From positions 1 to 64,000 of the forward strand of contig CAVPGK010000014.1 in assembly GCA_963703955.1 (NCBI GenBank): a stretch of 64,000 nt of DNA, read 5' to 3'. The position numbers were made by a program, and so were the translations under genes. The stretch comes from Nitrospirota bacterium. GTDB taxonomy: Bacteria; Nitrospirota; Nitrospiria; Nitrospirales; Nitrospiraceae. Below, one piece after another: positions 28,306 through 38,788 of this stretch. The notes under the pieces were generated by a model that saw nothing but the letters and a program-made list of their open reading frames with translations, did not search any database and was not told where the DNA came from. Position 1 is the first letter of the stretch. Each line of letters starts with the position of its first letter.

Positions 28306-28892
28306 TCTTGCAGCGACTCGACACGGATCGGGCTGGCACCAAGACGAACCATCTCTCCCTCGGCTTTCTTTCCGTCGGTCGGCTGCAGGTTCACCGCCCG
28401 GATGGCGTCCAGCAGCAGGAAGACCGTGTAGCCGAGGTTGATCGCATCTGTCACCGTGTTGAGCACGCAGTACTCCGTGGCGAGACCTCCGATGAACAGA
28501 CGCCGTACATCCATCTCGCGCAGGTGTGTCTCCAACGGCGTGTCCTGGAACGCCGAGTAGGCTTCTTTCTCCGGCGCCGTGGCCTTATGAATGACCACTG
28601 TAGAGAGTGGAAGGTGGAAGTTGAAAGGAGGCTCGGCGCCCGCCGATCCCGCCACGCAATGGACGGGCCAGATGCCGCCCCGTTCTCGAAAGGAGCAGTG
28701 ACTCGCCGGATGCCAATCGCGCGTGGCGAATATCGGCAAGCCACGGCAATGAAACCGGTCCACATAGCTGAGTAGGACGGGAACGATCTCATCGCCTCCC
28801 TGAACTCCCAGCGCGCCTCCGGGAAGGAAATCGTTCTGAATGTCGGCGATCAAGAGGGCATCACCGCGCTGAATCGTCACCATGGGAGCCAT
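28302..28892 (-). CDS. pncA: Nicotinamidase/pyrazinamidase
   Basis: Motifs DIQNDF, DWHP, WPVHC, YSAF, GLATEYCV. Confidence 0.93.
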   Translation of the reverse strand: MAPMVTIQRGDALLIADIQNDFLPGGALGVQGGDEIVPVLLSYVDRFHCRGLPIFATRDWHPASHCSFRERGGIWPVHCVAGSAGAEPPFNFHLPLSTVVIHKATAPEKEAYSAFQDTPLETHLREMDVRRLFIGGLATEYCVLNTVTDAINLGYTVFLLLDAIRAVNLQPTDGKKAEGEMVRLGASPIRVESLQE

Positions 28893-29243
28893 GGTAGCGC
28901 GAGAACGAACGGATTGCTAGAGGGCGCGCAGCACCTTCGCTGCCCTCTTTGCGCCTCGGGGTTTGGCCGAAGATCGCGCCGTAATGGCCTCCGTCGCCGC
29001 AGATTAGATCGAGAGCGGTAATCTTGATCTTCGCGGCGCCGTCCGCGTCCACGTTGAAGGCATTCCGTATTCTGTACAGTGTCTTGTCAAGGATCTGCAA
29101 TAATCTTGAGGCTGAGGAGGCGAAAGCTGAGGTTGGACAGCTTTCTCATAAGGTGCAGGAGAACTCACCTTTGGGATAATGGCATTCTCTAGTGAACATG
29201 GGTAGAGTGCAGCGCCAACATGGCCCAGAGTTGACTTTCCATT

Positions 29244-31484
29244 ATGCCAACCAAAAAACAGTCACGGGACGCTTCTATAGGATCTGCTCTCCCCGAAAGC
29301 GATACCGGACTTCTTTCTCTTTTGATCCTCGCTCGTTTCCTTGGTATGCCGGCTGATGGTGATCAACTTCGCCATCAATTCAGCGAGTCGGGAAGGGTTC
29401 TCTCTGACACCGACCTCTTGAGAGGGGCCAAACATTTGGGGTTGAAGGCCGGCCTGGTGAAGCCTGAGTGGTCATGTCTTGCCGCCCTCCCACTGCCGGC
29501 CATTGCCCGACGAAAGGATGGTCGATACCTGGTCTTGGCTAAGATCGAAGGGGAAAAAGTGCTGGTCCAAGACCCACTCGAAGGACGATCTCTGGTCTTG
29601 ACGAGCACGGACTTTCAGAGCATCTGGAGTGGCCACCTGATACTGCTCACTAAGCGCCAAAATCTAAGCCCGCAGGATCTCCCATTCGGCTTCACCTGGT
29701 TCATTCCGGCCATCGTGAAATATCGCCGGCTGCTGGGAGAGGTGCTGCTGGCCTCGTTTTTCTTGCAACTCTTCGCACTGCTGACGCCATTATTCACGCA
29801 AGTGGTGATCGACAAAGTTCTGGTACACAAGGGATTCACGACCTTGCATGTGCTGGCGATCGGGATGGTGGCACTGGCAATCTTTGAGGCAGCCCTAGGG
29901 GGATTGCGAGCATATCTGTTCTCGCATACCTCCAACCGCATTGATGTGGCATTGGGGGCGCAATTGTTCCGACACATTCTTTTGCTACCGCTGGGGTACT
30001 TTGAAGCCCGTCGGGTAGGGGACACAGTGGCGCGGGTCCGAGAACTCGAGCACATCCGCCAGTTTCTGACGAGCTCAGCGGTGACCATCGTCCTCGACTT
30101 GTTTTTCACTGTCGTGTTTCTAGTCGTAATGCTCTTTTACAGTCCGCTCTTGACCCTGGTGGTGATGGGCTCCATGCCGCTCTACGCCGCACTCTCGATT
30201 GTGGTCACTCCTATCATCCGAGCCAGACTCAATGAGAAATTCAATCGCGGTGCGGAGAATCAGGCCTTTCTGGTGGAATCAATCGCGGGCATTCAGACCG
30301 TCAAGGCTATGGCGGTTGAGCCGCCGCTTCAGCGCAAATGGGAGGAGCAACTCGCGGGGTATGTGCGGGCGGGATTCCGGGCGACGAGCTTGATGACGAT
30401 CGCCAGCCAAGTGGCGTCTTTGATTCAGAAGGTCACGACCATTGCGGTACTGTGGCTAGGGGCGCACTTGGTCATCGGTGGTGATCTGAGCATCGGACAA
30501 TTGATTGCTTTTAATATGCTGGCCGCTCAGGTCATGAGTCCGCTCTTACGCATTGTGAACCTCTGGCAGGAATTCCAACAGGTCGGTGTCTCCATGCAGC
30601 GTCTCGGCGACGTGCTGAATGCGCCGACCGAACCGTCCTATAATCCCAACCGGACCACGCTGCCGCAGCTGTCAGGGCATGTCGCCTTTGATGCAGTCAC
30701 ATTTCGATATCGTCCGGATGGCAGGGAAGTCCTGCGTAAGGTTTCATTTACCGTCTCGTCCGGCAAGGTGATTGGCATCGTTGGGCGATCGGGGTCGGGA
30801 AAAAGTACGATCGCCAAATTGCTCCAACGTCTGTATGTGCCCGAACGCGGTCGCGTGCTGCTCGATGGGATTGATGTGGCGCAGGTAGACCCGGCTTGGC
30901 TTCGGCGACAGGTCGGCGTTGTGTTGCAGGAGAATATCTTGTTCAACCGCTCGGTTCGCGACAACATCGCCCTCGCCGATCCGGGGATCTCTATGGAAGA
31001 GGTCATCCGGGCTTCCCGACTAGCGGGGGCGCATGAATTCATCCTCGAGTTACCGGAAGGCTATGACACGCTGGTGGGGGAACATGGCTGCTCACTCTCC
31101 GGTGGTCAGCGTCAGCGTCTCGCGATTGCACGGGCGTTGGTCGGCGATCCGCGTATCTTGATCTTCGACGAGGCCACAAGCGCGTTGGATTACGAGTCCG
31201 AATCAATTATTCAGCAGAATCTGACCCACATTTGTCAGGGACGGACCGTCTTCATCATCGCACACCGGCTGAGCACGGTTCGTGCGGCGGACCGGATTCT
31301 TGTGATCGAGAAAGGCGAGATTATTGAAGAGGGCACCCACGACGGGCTGATCGATCGGAACGGGTACTACGCGAGCCTCTACAACCTGCAGGACGGTCTT
31401 CATACTTCTGTTCAGCCGCACGGAAGACAGGCGGAAGAGACGGCTGACTTTGATGAGGCGTTGTCTTTTTCGGGGGCGGGATAG
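29244..31484 (+). CDS. Type I secretion ABC transporter, HlyB family
   Basis: C39-like N-terminal domain, ABC membrane domain, GRSGSGKST, LSGGQRQR, DEATSALD. Confidence 0.95.
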   Translation: MPTKKQSRDASIGSALPESDTGLLSLLILARFLGMPADGDQLRHQFSESGRVLSDTDLLRGAKHLGLKAGLVKPEWSCLAALPLPAIARRKDGRYLVLAKIEGEKVLVQDPLEGRSLVLTSTDFQSIWSGHLILLTKRQNLSPQDLPFGFTWFIPAIVKYRRLLGEVLLASFFLQLFALLTPLFTQVVIDKVLVHKGFTTLHVLAIGMVALAIFEAALGGLRAYLFSHTSNRIDVALGAQLFRHILLLPLGYFEARRVGDTVARVRELEHIRQFLTSSAVTIVLDLFFTVVFLVVMLFYSPLLTLVVMGSMPLYAALSIVVTPIIRARLNEKFNRGAENQAFLVESIAGIQTVKAMAVEPPLQRKWEEQLAGYVRAGFRATSLMTIASQVASLIQKVTTIAVLWLGAHLVIGGDLSIGQLIAFNMLAAQVMSPLLRIVNLWQEFQQVGVSMQRLGDVLNAPTEPSYNPNRTTLPQLSGHVAFDAVTFRYRPDGREVLRKVSFTVSSGKVIGIVGRSGSGKSTIAKLLQRLYVPERGRVLLDGIDVAQVDPAWLRRQVGVVLQENILFNRSVRDNIALADPGISMEEVIRASRLAGAHEFILELPEGYDTLVGEHGCSLSGGQRQRLAIARALVGDPRILIFDEATSALDYESESIIQQNLTHICQGRTVFIIAHRLSTVRAADRILVIEKGEIIEEGTHDGLIDRNGYYASLYNLQDGLHTSVQPHGRQAEETADFDEALSFSGAG

Positions 31485-31504
31485 TCGGGAGTGCAGATTC
31501 GACG

Positions 31505-32896
31505 ATGACACGCCCTCATCTCAGAAAACAGCTTGCGATGTGGCGCGCGCCCTGGAAGGCTGAAGCCGGCCGCCCATTAGGATGGGCATCGATGGGGCGT
31601 GCCGTGGAGTTTTTGCCGGCGGCGTTGGAGATCCAGGATGCTCCTCCTTCCCCGATTGGCCGTTCGATCAGCTTCGTGATCATGACCGCGTTTCTCGCCG
31701 CCATTCTCTGGGCGACCATAGGCCACATTGATATTGTGGTGGTGGCGCAAGGCAAGATCATTCCAAGCGGATATAGCAAGGTGATCCAGCCGTTGGACAG
31801 CGGAGTGATTCAGGCGATCTATGTACGGGATGGACAAATAGTTAAAAAGGGAGAGGTGCTGATCGAGCTTGATACGACGGTGAACAGCGCGGACCATGAG
31901 CGCTTCTCGAATGAATACCGATCTGCTCAAGTTGAAGCGGCGAGACTTCGAGCGCTCATTGGCGGCAAATCTACTTTCGAATCCCCACCGGACGCGAATG
32001 CCCAATATGTCGTGCTCCAACAACAGATGCTGCGCGACCAGTTGACTGAGTATCAGGCCCGTGTCGAGGCCGCTAATCATTTAGTGGATCAACGGAAGGC
32101 TGCAGTGGAGGTGACGAAGGAGAATATCTTCCGATTGCAGGTGACGGTTCCATTCGAGGTGGAACGGGCTGAGGCTTACAGAAAGCTCCTTCAGGACCAG
32201 TTCGTGTCCAAGCTGGATTATCTGCAATTTGAGCAGCAACGGATTGACAAGGCTCAAGAATTGGCTGGACAGAAACAGAAACTGATTCAGGATAAGGCAG
32301 CTCTGGCCGAGGCGAAGAAAAATTATCGGGCGCTGATTTCGGAGTTCCTGCAGGCTCGGCAAGCCGAATTATCCGCGGTGGAAATGAAAGCCGCGTCGCT
32401 GGAGCAAGAAGTCATTAAAGCGGGGCAACGCACAGAATTTCAGAAGCTCATGGCCCCAATCGACGGAGCGGTCCAACAGTTGGCCGTCCATACGGTGGGC
32501 GGGGTGGTCACGCCGGCGCAGCAGCTCATGATGGTTGTCCCGCGGGAGTCTGCCCTCGATGTGGAAGCCTGGATCGAGAATAAAGATATCGGCTTTGTGA
32601 AGGCGGGTCAGCCGGTAGAGATCAAAGTCGAAACCTTCCCGTTCACCCTCTATGGGACGATCGATGGCCGGATCGTCAGCACGTCAAATGACGCCGTTCC
32701 ACAGGAGAAAGCCGGGCTGGTCTATGCAGCCCGGGTGAGCATGGCGCGATCGACCATGCGGGTCGAAGAGAAGCAGGTCAATCTCTCTCCCGGCATGGCC
32801 GTATCAGTGGAGATCAAGACCGGCACTCGCCGCGCCATTGAATACTTCCTGAGCCCTCTCGTAAAGTCCGTGCAGGAAAGCATCCGCGAGCGCTGA
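31505..32896 (+). CDS. Type I secretion membrane fusion protein, HlyD family
   Basis: Motifs EFLPAALEI, APIDGAV..GGVV, FPFTLYG, LSPGM..IKTG. Confidence 0.95.
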   Translation: MTRPHLRKQLAMWRAPWKAEAGRPLGWASMGRAVEFLPAALEIQDAPPSPIGRSISFVIMTAFLAAILWATIGHIDIVVVAQGKIIPSGYSKVIQPLDSGVIQAIYVRDGQIVKKGEVLIELDTTVNSADHERFSNEYRSAQVEAARLRALIGGKSTFESPPDANAQYVVLQQQMLRDQLTEYQARVEAANHLVDQRKAAVEVTKENIFRLQVTVPFEVERAEAYRKLLQDQFVSKLDYLQFEQQRIDKAQELAGQKQKLIQDKAALAEAKKNYRALISEFLQARQAELSAVEMKAASLEQEVIKAGQRTEFQKLMAPIDGAVQQLAVHTVGGVVTPAQQLMMVVPRESALDVEAWIENKDIGFVKAGQPVEIKVETFPFTLYGTIDGRIVSTSNDAVPQEKAGLVYAARVSMARSTMRVEEKQVNLSPGMAVSVEIKTGTRRAIEYFLSPLVKSVQESIRER

Positions 32897-33220
32897 CCCC
32901 TAGCCAGCGGTCAACATTGATGAGTGGTCCCAATCCTCCGCGTTCTTCAGCTCCGACGCCGTATTGAACGTGGCCAGTTGATAGGCCGCTTGGCGCACTC
33001 AGTCCGATTCTGTAATTATCTGTTCCAAATCACATGGATATGGTAATTCTTCGTAGGTCGAACCATAATACTCGTCGAAAGTTCTACGACAAGAGTCGAA
33101 TTGTGGTGAGCGCCATAAGTATGGATACTTAATACACCGAAGAAATGACCGAAGGCAAGGAGAGAGTACCAAACTTCTTGGAGTCATCGGGTAATTAATG
33201 TTGCATGGAGGAACGCTGAC

Positions 33221-34036
33221 ATGAAAGTCGTCTTGTTCTGCGGCGGATACGGGATGCGGATCAGAGACTATTCACAGAATACTCCAAAGCCCATGGTCCC
33301 CATCGGATATCGCCCGATCCTCTGGCATGTCATGAAGTATTATGCCCATTTTGGGCACAAGGAATTTATCCTCTGCTTAGGGTACGGCGCCGATGTAATT
33401 AAAAGTTATTTTCTAAGCTACAATGAATGCCTTTCAAATGATTTCGTCCTCTCCGGCGGGGGCAAGAATCTTGAGCTTATCAACACGGATATTCAGGATT
33501 GGAAGATCACCTTTGCAGATACAGGCATTGGATCCTCTATCGGGGAACGTCTGAAGGTGGTGGAGAAGTATCTGGGCGACGACGAAGAATTTTTAGCGAC
33601 CTACAGCGACGGATTAACGGACTTGCCACTCTCTGAGCACATCGAACATTTTCACAAGCATGACCTCATTGGGAGCTTTCTGTGCGTGAGACCGAGACTA
33701 ACTTACCACTCGGTCAAGTTGGAGGATGGCGACCATGTGGCAGAGGTTCAGGAGTTGAATGTCACCGGTCTGAGGATCAACGGGGGGTACTTTGTGTTCA
33801 AACGAAAGGTATTCGACTATATCCGCAACGGGGAAGATTTGGTCAATGAGCCGTTTCAGAGACTGATTAAGGAACGACAACTCCTAGGGTATCGCTACGA
33901 TGGTTTCTGGGGATGTATGGACACGTTTAAGGACAAGCAGTATCTCGACGAGTTAGATTCGAGCGGAAGCGCGCCGTGGGAAGTATGGAAAAAGTGCCCC
34001 AGACCTGAACGTGAGGCGGCTCCTGTGGGTCGATAG
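33221..34036 (+). CDS. rfbF: Glucose-1-phosphate cytidylyltransferase-like
   Basis: MKVVLFCGGYGMR..PKPM, INGGYF, FWGCMDT. Confidence 0.85.
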   Translation: MKVVLFCGGYGMRIRDYSQNTPKPMVPIGYRPILWHVMKYYAHFGHKEFILCLGYGADVIKSYFLSYNECLSNDFVLSGGGKNLELINTDIQDWKITFADTGIGSSIGERLKVVEKYLGDDEEFLATYSDGLTDLPLSEHIEHFHKHDLIGSFLCVRPRLTYHSVKLEDGDHVAEVQELNVTGLRINGGYFVFKRKVFDYIRNGEDLVNEPFQRLIKERQLLGYRYDGFWGCMDTFKDKQYLDELDSSGSAPWEVWKKCPRPEREAAPVGR

Positions 34037-34054
34037 CAGGGGGGTGATCTTGTC

Positions 34055-34732
34055 ATGTTTCAATTGGGTCGCATCGCCGATCATAAAGCAACATGTAGCA
34101 TCTTGTGCCTCGGAGCTCATTCCGACGATATCGAAATTGGCTGTGGCGGTACGATTCTTCAACTTTCTCAAGCCTATCAGCACATCGAATGGCACTGGAT
34201 CGTCTTTAGCGCGGACCGTCAACGTCGCCAGGAGGCGGTCCAGAGCGCCGAACTCTTCCTTCGCCATGCCAAGCGGAAGACGATTGTGGTGAATAATTTC
34301 AAAGATGGTTGTTTCCCGTTCATCGGAAGTCGAATCAAGTCCTATTTTGAGAAGATCAAGCAATCCTGCTCGCCTGACCTCATTTTGACGCATTATCGCA
34401 ATGATTTGCATCAGGATCATCGGGTGATCTCTGATCTTACCTGGAATACCTTTAGGGATCATCTGATACTGGAATACGAGATTCCCAAGTATGATGGCGA
34501 TGTGGGATCCCCCAACTTCTTTGTACACTTGAACGAGCCGCAGTGTATGACAAAGACCCGCCATATTATGGAGTGTTTCAAAACACAAGCGGGGAAGCAG
34601 TGGTTTACCGAGGACACGTTCCTTTCGGTGATGAGGATCAGAGGAATCGAATCCAATGCGCCGAGCAAATATGCCGAAGGGTTCTATTGTCGAAAGATGG
34701 TATTTGAAGGAAAAGGAGTGGCTGCAAGATAA
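34055..34732 (+). CDS. PIG-L family deacetylase
   Basis: Motifs AHSDD, HQDH, AEGF. Confidence 0.9.
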   Translation: MFQLGRIADHKATCSILCLGAHSDDIEIGCGGTILQLSQAYQHIEWHWIVFSADRQRRQEAVQSAELFLRHAKRKTIVVNNFKDGCFPFIGSRIKSYFEKIKQSCSPDLILTHYRNDLHQDHRVISDLTWNTFRDHLILEYEIPKYDGDVGSPNFFVHLNEPQCMTKTRHIMECFKTQAGKQWFTEDTFLSVMRIRGIESNAPSKYAEGFYCRKMVFEGKGVAAR

Positions 34733-34958
34733 AGAACAGGACCTGACGATTCCATAGGTCAAACGCTCCACTCGAATTCGCCTCTCATCTGACCCACCTC
34801 ACTTGCCTCCTTGAGTCCTTTGGCGTGTAATTCCCCTGGATCATAATAGATAAGGTTCTCAACTACGTAGAATAACTAAAAGGTCGCGTCGGGTTCTGCC
34901 GGGATAGTCCGGACGATCCTATTGACCGGATTAGGTTCCGGTCGAGACGAGATGTTCC

Positions 34959-35180
34959 TTATGATAGCTTATGGGAGCCGAGTCGTATCGTAAGAAAAAG
35001 CGGCTTGCTACTTTCAGGGAGCGTAAGTGGCCGGCGCAGTAACCACTGTCCTTCAGGTTGTTCGATAGCGGCCGTAAAGCTTCGTAATTCACCGGTCTGC
35101 TCATTAAAGAGAATGGGCATATCCGTGTTCCGCCATCGCCGGTAGCTCTTGAGTTTTCGCCAGTTCGTTGCGAATCCCAT
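34959..35180 (-). CDS. Small hypothetical protein, 73 aa
   Basis: ATG preceded by a strong AGGAGG RBS. Confidence 0.5.
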   Translation of the reverse strand: MGFATNWRKLKSYRRWRNTDMPILFNEQTGELRSFTAAIEQPEGQWLLRRPLTLPESSKPLFLTIRLGSHKLS

Positions 35181-35412
35181 TACGAGGCTCCTCCTGTCAT
35201 GAGGTCGGTGGAAGAATGAAAATCGCGTTGACGAAAATTAGTATAGCGCGTGTCCTCAGTTCCGCAACTACGCAGTCAGACGAATGCTGCTGTCATCGCG
35301 GAGAGAGGGTGAGATGAAAAAGTCGGCGGGTCATCGGCATCGGCGGTGGGGCGTCGACCTCGACGGCCGGCGCGGTCTGTCAGACAAGAATGGACTGACA
35401 AGTCACTGATTG

Positions 35413-36126
35413 TTAACCCGCATTATTCATGAAGCGTGAAGGCGCTATCATTGCGGAGCGGGAATCCGACGGTTCTTTCATTCCCAATTCCTCATAACGG
35501 CCAGAGGGAGGCTCATATGGTCTTGGCATTTTGATCTGGCACATATCCGCGGACGGCACTTCATGATAACCCGCGGGACGAAAGCCCCATACCGTCGCCA
35601 AAGCCTGACAGGCCAGGTTCGTCAACGCTCCGTCGTGTTCATGGGTGATTGGAGAATAGGACGCCTGGGCGTTCCACTCCGTGTCCCCGGTCTTGACGTC
35701 TACTCCTCGAATGGCCACCGTGGTTGAATGACGGGCTGTGAGATCGATTGGACGACCCGTCTGGTGCCCCTGGGAAGACATTGACGCGCGAGAGGTGTCG
35801 ACAAATACGAGCGTGTCCACGCCGAGAACGTGGGCGGCCTGCAGTACCGCGGTCTCATCCTGCGAGTGCGGGCTTCGGTCGGGAGTGTGTTCATCCAAAA
35901 CCCTTTGCAATTGTTCGCGTTCGACGACCACAAGCCCTCGTTTTTGCAGCCAAGTTGCGACAGCGGTCTCCGCTTCGACCTGAGTGGGTCCCCAGACGAC
36001 CAAACGAGTAGGTTGTTGCGGAAGCGTCCGATATGACCCTGTGGTAACCGGGTACACGGTTTTGGTGCACGCCGTCATGAACAGTAAGAGCCCGAGTCCG
36101 ATCAACAAGCGAAGTGGTCGTGTCAT
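35413..36126 (-). CDS. Putative lipoprotein (CsgG-like fold)
   Basis: Lipobox-like MTAC, VVEREQL..LDE, VDVKTG..W. Confidence 0.7.
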   Translation of the reverse strand: MTRPLRLLIGLGLLLFMTACTKTVYPVTTGSYRTLPQQPTRLVVWGPTQVEAETAVATWLQKRGLVVVEREQLQRVLDEHTPDRSPHSQDETAVLQAAHVLGVDTLVFVDTSRASMSSQGHQTGRPIDLTARHSTTVAIRGVDVKTGDTEWNAQASYSPITHEHDGALTNLACQALATVWGFRPAGYHEVPSADMCQIKMPRPYEPPSGRYEELGMKEPSDSRSAMIAPSRFMNNAG

Positions 36127-36455
36127 GGTTGACTCTCTTGTGTGGGGTCGGGGGCGTGATACTACCGAGTGTGTGAGCGCGCCGATTGACTTGGCAGATT
36201 CTATCACGTAATGCGATGGCAGAAGATTAAAACATTCCCGCGATTCCCTGTACTGAGTTTCTCTTACAGCAACATCGTGGACACCCGACCTCATTTCGAG
36301 TAAGACCGTTTTTCTCGCCCCTACCACTGTGAACACGGTCTTCATCCAGAACCGGTATAACGTCTCCTGCTCCGGAATTCTCGCGCTGGTCCAACATTCA
36401 GTAATAATACTTGAGTCTGGCCCACTTTACAAGCCAGCTGCGTTCGGGCGCAGGC

Positions 36456-37799
36456 TCAGGCGTGACGTTTGGTTACAATCGCTGCGGCACAGAGGTCCCC
36501 GCTATGGATGGCGCTTTCTACGGTGGAGGGGAGGCCGGTGTCGGTCCAATCGCCGGCGAGAAAGAAGTTGGGGAATGGACTCTGTTGCAATGGACGAAGG
36601 GCCATCGTGCGGGGACGGACGGAAAGAAACGCGCGAGGCTCTCGGATGATGTAATGATCTGACACAGGTGCCGCCTTCGCTTCCGGAATCGCCGCCCGGA
36701 GATCGGCGACGGCCAAATCCAACACGTCCTTCTCTGAATATTCCAGCAAGGTCGGCTGTCCCGTGGCTACTAGGGAGGCGAGCAGCCGCCGGTTGCCGGA
36801 ACTTTCCGGCCGCAGGACCATCCAATGATACTGGTAGGGTCGGCCTGCCAACAGCAGGACCCGTGAGCGGGAGATCGCAAAGTCCATCCAGACATGAGCC
36901 ACCAGTGCCGGGCTATCGATCAGTTGTGGCAATTGTTGAAAATATGAAAAGCGTGTCACTGCGCGCTCAGGCAGCAGAGGGCTCAGATCCCGGTGCGGGA
37001 TGGCGGCCACGTACCAATCCGCGGTGACGGTACCGCCGTCATCGAGTTGGACGCCGGTCACGCCCTGGGCATTGATTCGAATCTGGCTCACCGGCGTGTC
37101 TGGTCGCAGGGTCACCCCGACCTTGCGCAAGGACTGCACGCAGGGTTCTACCAGCAAGCAGCCCATGCTGTCGTTGGGAATGGCAAGCATGGAGTGACAC
37201 CGGGATGACAGAAAGCAACTGATCAACACCCTCAGAAATAAGGCTGCGGAGACGGTCTTGAGGTCGTCTCCGAGCAGAAAACGGGAAAGCGGGGACCAGG
37301 TGCCAAGCCGGCCCGCCTCCGACTGCCCGATTCTTCTGAACCATGCCTCTGCCGTGTGGTTGTCGAGGTCCGCGGGAAGCGCCGGGTCTTTTTCCCATGT
37401 CCGCTCGATCCAGTTAAGGAATTTCCAGCGGTCTCGAAGCGGCAGTCCGCGAAAGATCGCCAAGCTTAAAATCGTACCCCACGGGGCCGGTAGCAGCGGA
37501 CGACGGAGCCGAATGGGGCGCTTGCCGAAGCCCGCGAATTCCAAAGATAGACCGGAGGAAAAGCGAACGCGCGGTGCCATCCCGAGAGTGTTGAGTAAGG
37601 CCTGCGTGGCGTGGTGACATCCCAGGAACACGGTGGGTATCGCGTCGGTGTAGGGCGGCTTGGCTGTCGTATGGATCAACCGACCGCCCCACGCGTCCCC
37701 TTGTTCAAGGAGAGTGACGAGGTAGCCCTGTTTACTCAGGCGAAGGGCGGCTGTAAGAGCAGCAAGGCCGCCCCCTATGATCAGCACGTTTCGTTTCAC
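36456..37799 (-). CDS. hpnE: Hydroxysqualene dehydroxylase (FAD amine-oxidase fold)
   Basis: GGGLAALTAA and LAGDWTDTGLPSTVESAIHSG. Adjacent to hpnD. Confidence 0.85.
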   Translation of the reverse strand: MKRNVLIIGGGLAALTAALRLSKQGYLVTLLEQGDAWGGRLIHTTAKPPYTDAIPTVFLGCHHATQALLNTLGMAPRVRFSSGLSLEFAGFGKRPIRLRRPLLPAPWGTILSLAIFRGLPLRDRWKFLNWIERTWEKDPALPADLDNHTAEAWFRRIGQSEAGRLGTWSPLSRFLLGDDLKTVSAALFLRVLISCFLSSRCHSMLAIPNDSMGCLLVEPCVQSLRKVGVTLRPDTPVSQIRINAQGVTGVQLDDGGTVTADWYVAAIPHRDLSPLLPERAVTRFSYFQQLPQLIDSPALVAHVWMDFAISRSRVLLLAGRPYQYHWMVLRPESSGNRRLLASLVATGQPTLLEYSEKDVLDLAVADLRAAIPEAKAAPVSDHYIIREPRAFLSVRPRTMALRPLQQSPFPNFFLAGDWTDTGLPSTVESAIHSGDLCAAAIVTKRHA

Positions 37800-37898
37800 A
37801 TCAGTTTCGTGTTTAGCGTAAGATTAAGGCCTATTGGGCCATCACTTCTAAGATCCTCAACCTTAGCCTTAGATTGTTGAGCAACATGTTCTTAGGAT

Positions 37899-38759
37899 TT
37901 AGGATAAGAAGGAGCGGATCCACACGCCTCCGGCAATCGCGAGACGGTAAGACGGGGCGAGACTGACGCGAGTGCCGTACACCCGATAGCCGGATCGCTC
38001 GATACGTCCCAGGATTCGGATGTAAACCCCCCGCATGATCTCAGCTACGGTCAGAGTGCGCCGATCCGTTGTCGGTAAGGATTCGGCCGCTTCTCGGGCC
38101 TTCCGATAATAGTCGCGGACCCGAGCGCATTGGAACTTCATCAGTTCCACAAAGCTAGGTGAATAGGTGCGTGCCAACAGCTCGGATTCTGAGTATCCAA
38201 AGCGCGCCAGGTCTTCCTGCGGGAGGTAGATACGTCCACGCTCGGCGTCCGTGCCGAGATCTCTGAGGATATTGGTGAGTTGAAAGGCCAGCCCCAGATC
38301 GTTGGCATACTGTCGTGCTTCGGGTGAACGGGTGCCGAAAATATGCAGGCAGATCAACCCGACAACGGAAGCGACCCGATAGCAATAGAGCGAGAGCTCG
38401 TCAAAGGTCGCGTACCGGGTGGTCGAGAGATCCATTTCTACCCCCGCCAGGAGATCCTCAAAATACTGTTGGGGAATGTTCAACCGCCGGACATGTTCGG
38501 CGAGGCTGATCGTGACGGGATGCGATGGGGTGCCATGGTAGGCGGCCGCCAATTCCTGGTGCCAGCGCGTGAGCTGTTCACGGGGATCGGTGCTCGCCGG
38601 GGCGTCATCCACCGCGCTGTCAACCTCCTTGCAGAAGGCATACACGGTGTACATGGCTTCACGGCGAGGGCGTGGGAGAAACAGAAACGAATAGTAAAAG
38701 TTGCTCTTGCTCCGTTTCGTGACGGTCTCGCAGTAGGTCTGGGCTTCGGAGAGAGTCAT
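37899..38759 (-). CDS. hpnD: Presqualene diphosphate synthase (squalene/phytoene synthase family)
   Basis: SNFYYSF, YAFCKEVD..VD, YCYRVASVVG, QLTNILRD, GRIYLP. Confidence 0.87.
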   Translation of the reverse strand: MTLSEAQTYCETVTKRSKSNFYYSFLFLPRPRREAMYTVYAFCKEVDSAVDDAPASTDPREQLTRWHQELAAAYHGTPSHPVTISLAEHVRRLNIPQQYFEDLLAGVEMDLSTTRYATFDELSLYCYRVASVVGLICLHIFGTRSPEARQYANDLGLAFQLTNILRDLGTDAERGRIYLPQEDLARFGYSESELLARTYSPSFVELMKFQCARVRDYYRKAREAAESLPTTDRRTLTVAEIMRGVYIRILGRIERSGYRVYGTRVSLAPSYRLAIAGGVWIRSFLS

Positions 38760-38788
38760 AAGTTCTAGGCCGCCCTCAAAAAGCGCTT

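Noticed and set aside
28861..29100. 79-aa ORF upstream of pncA
   Set aside because: TTG start, overlaps pncA and lies in a divergent promoter region. No recognisable motif.
32999..33187. 62-aa minus-strand ORF with a weak DUF29-like ending
   Set aside because: The resemblance covers about 10 residues and has no other support.
37818..37898. AT-rich TTAG/CTCAACCTTAGCCTT low-complexity spacer between hpnD and hpnE (similar words near 29105 and 54185)
   Set aside because: No regular period or clear boundaries. Probably a degenerate simple repeat.
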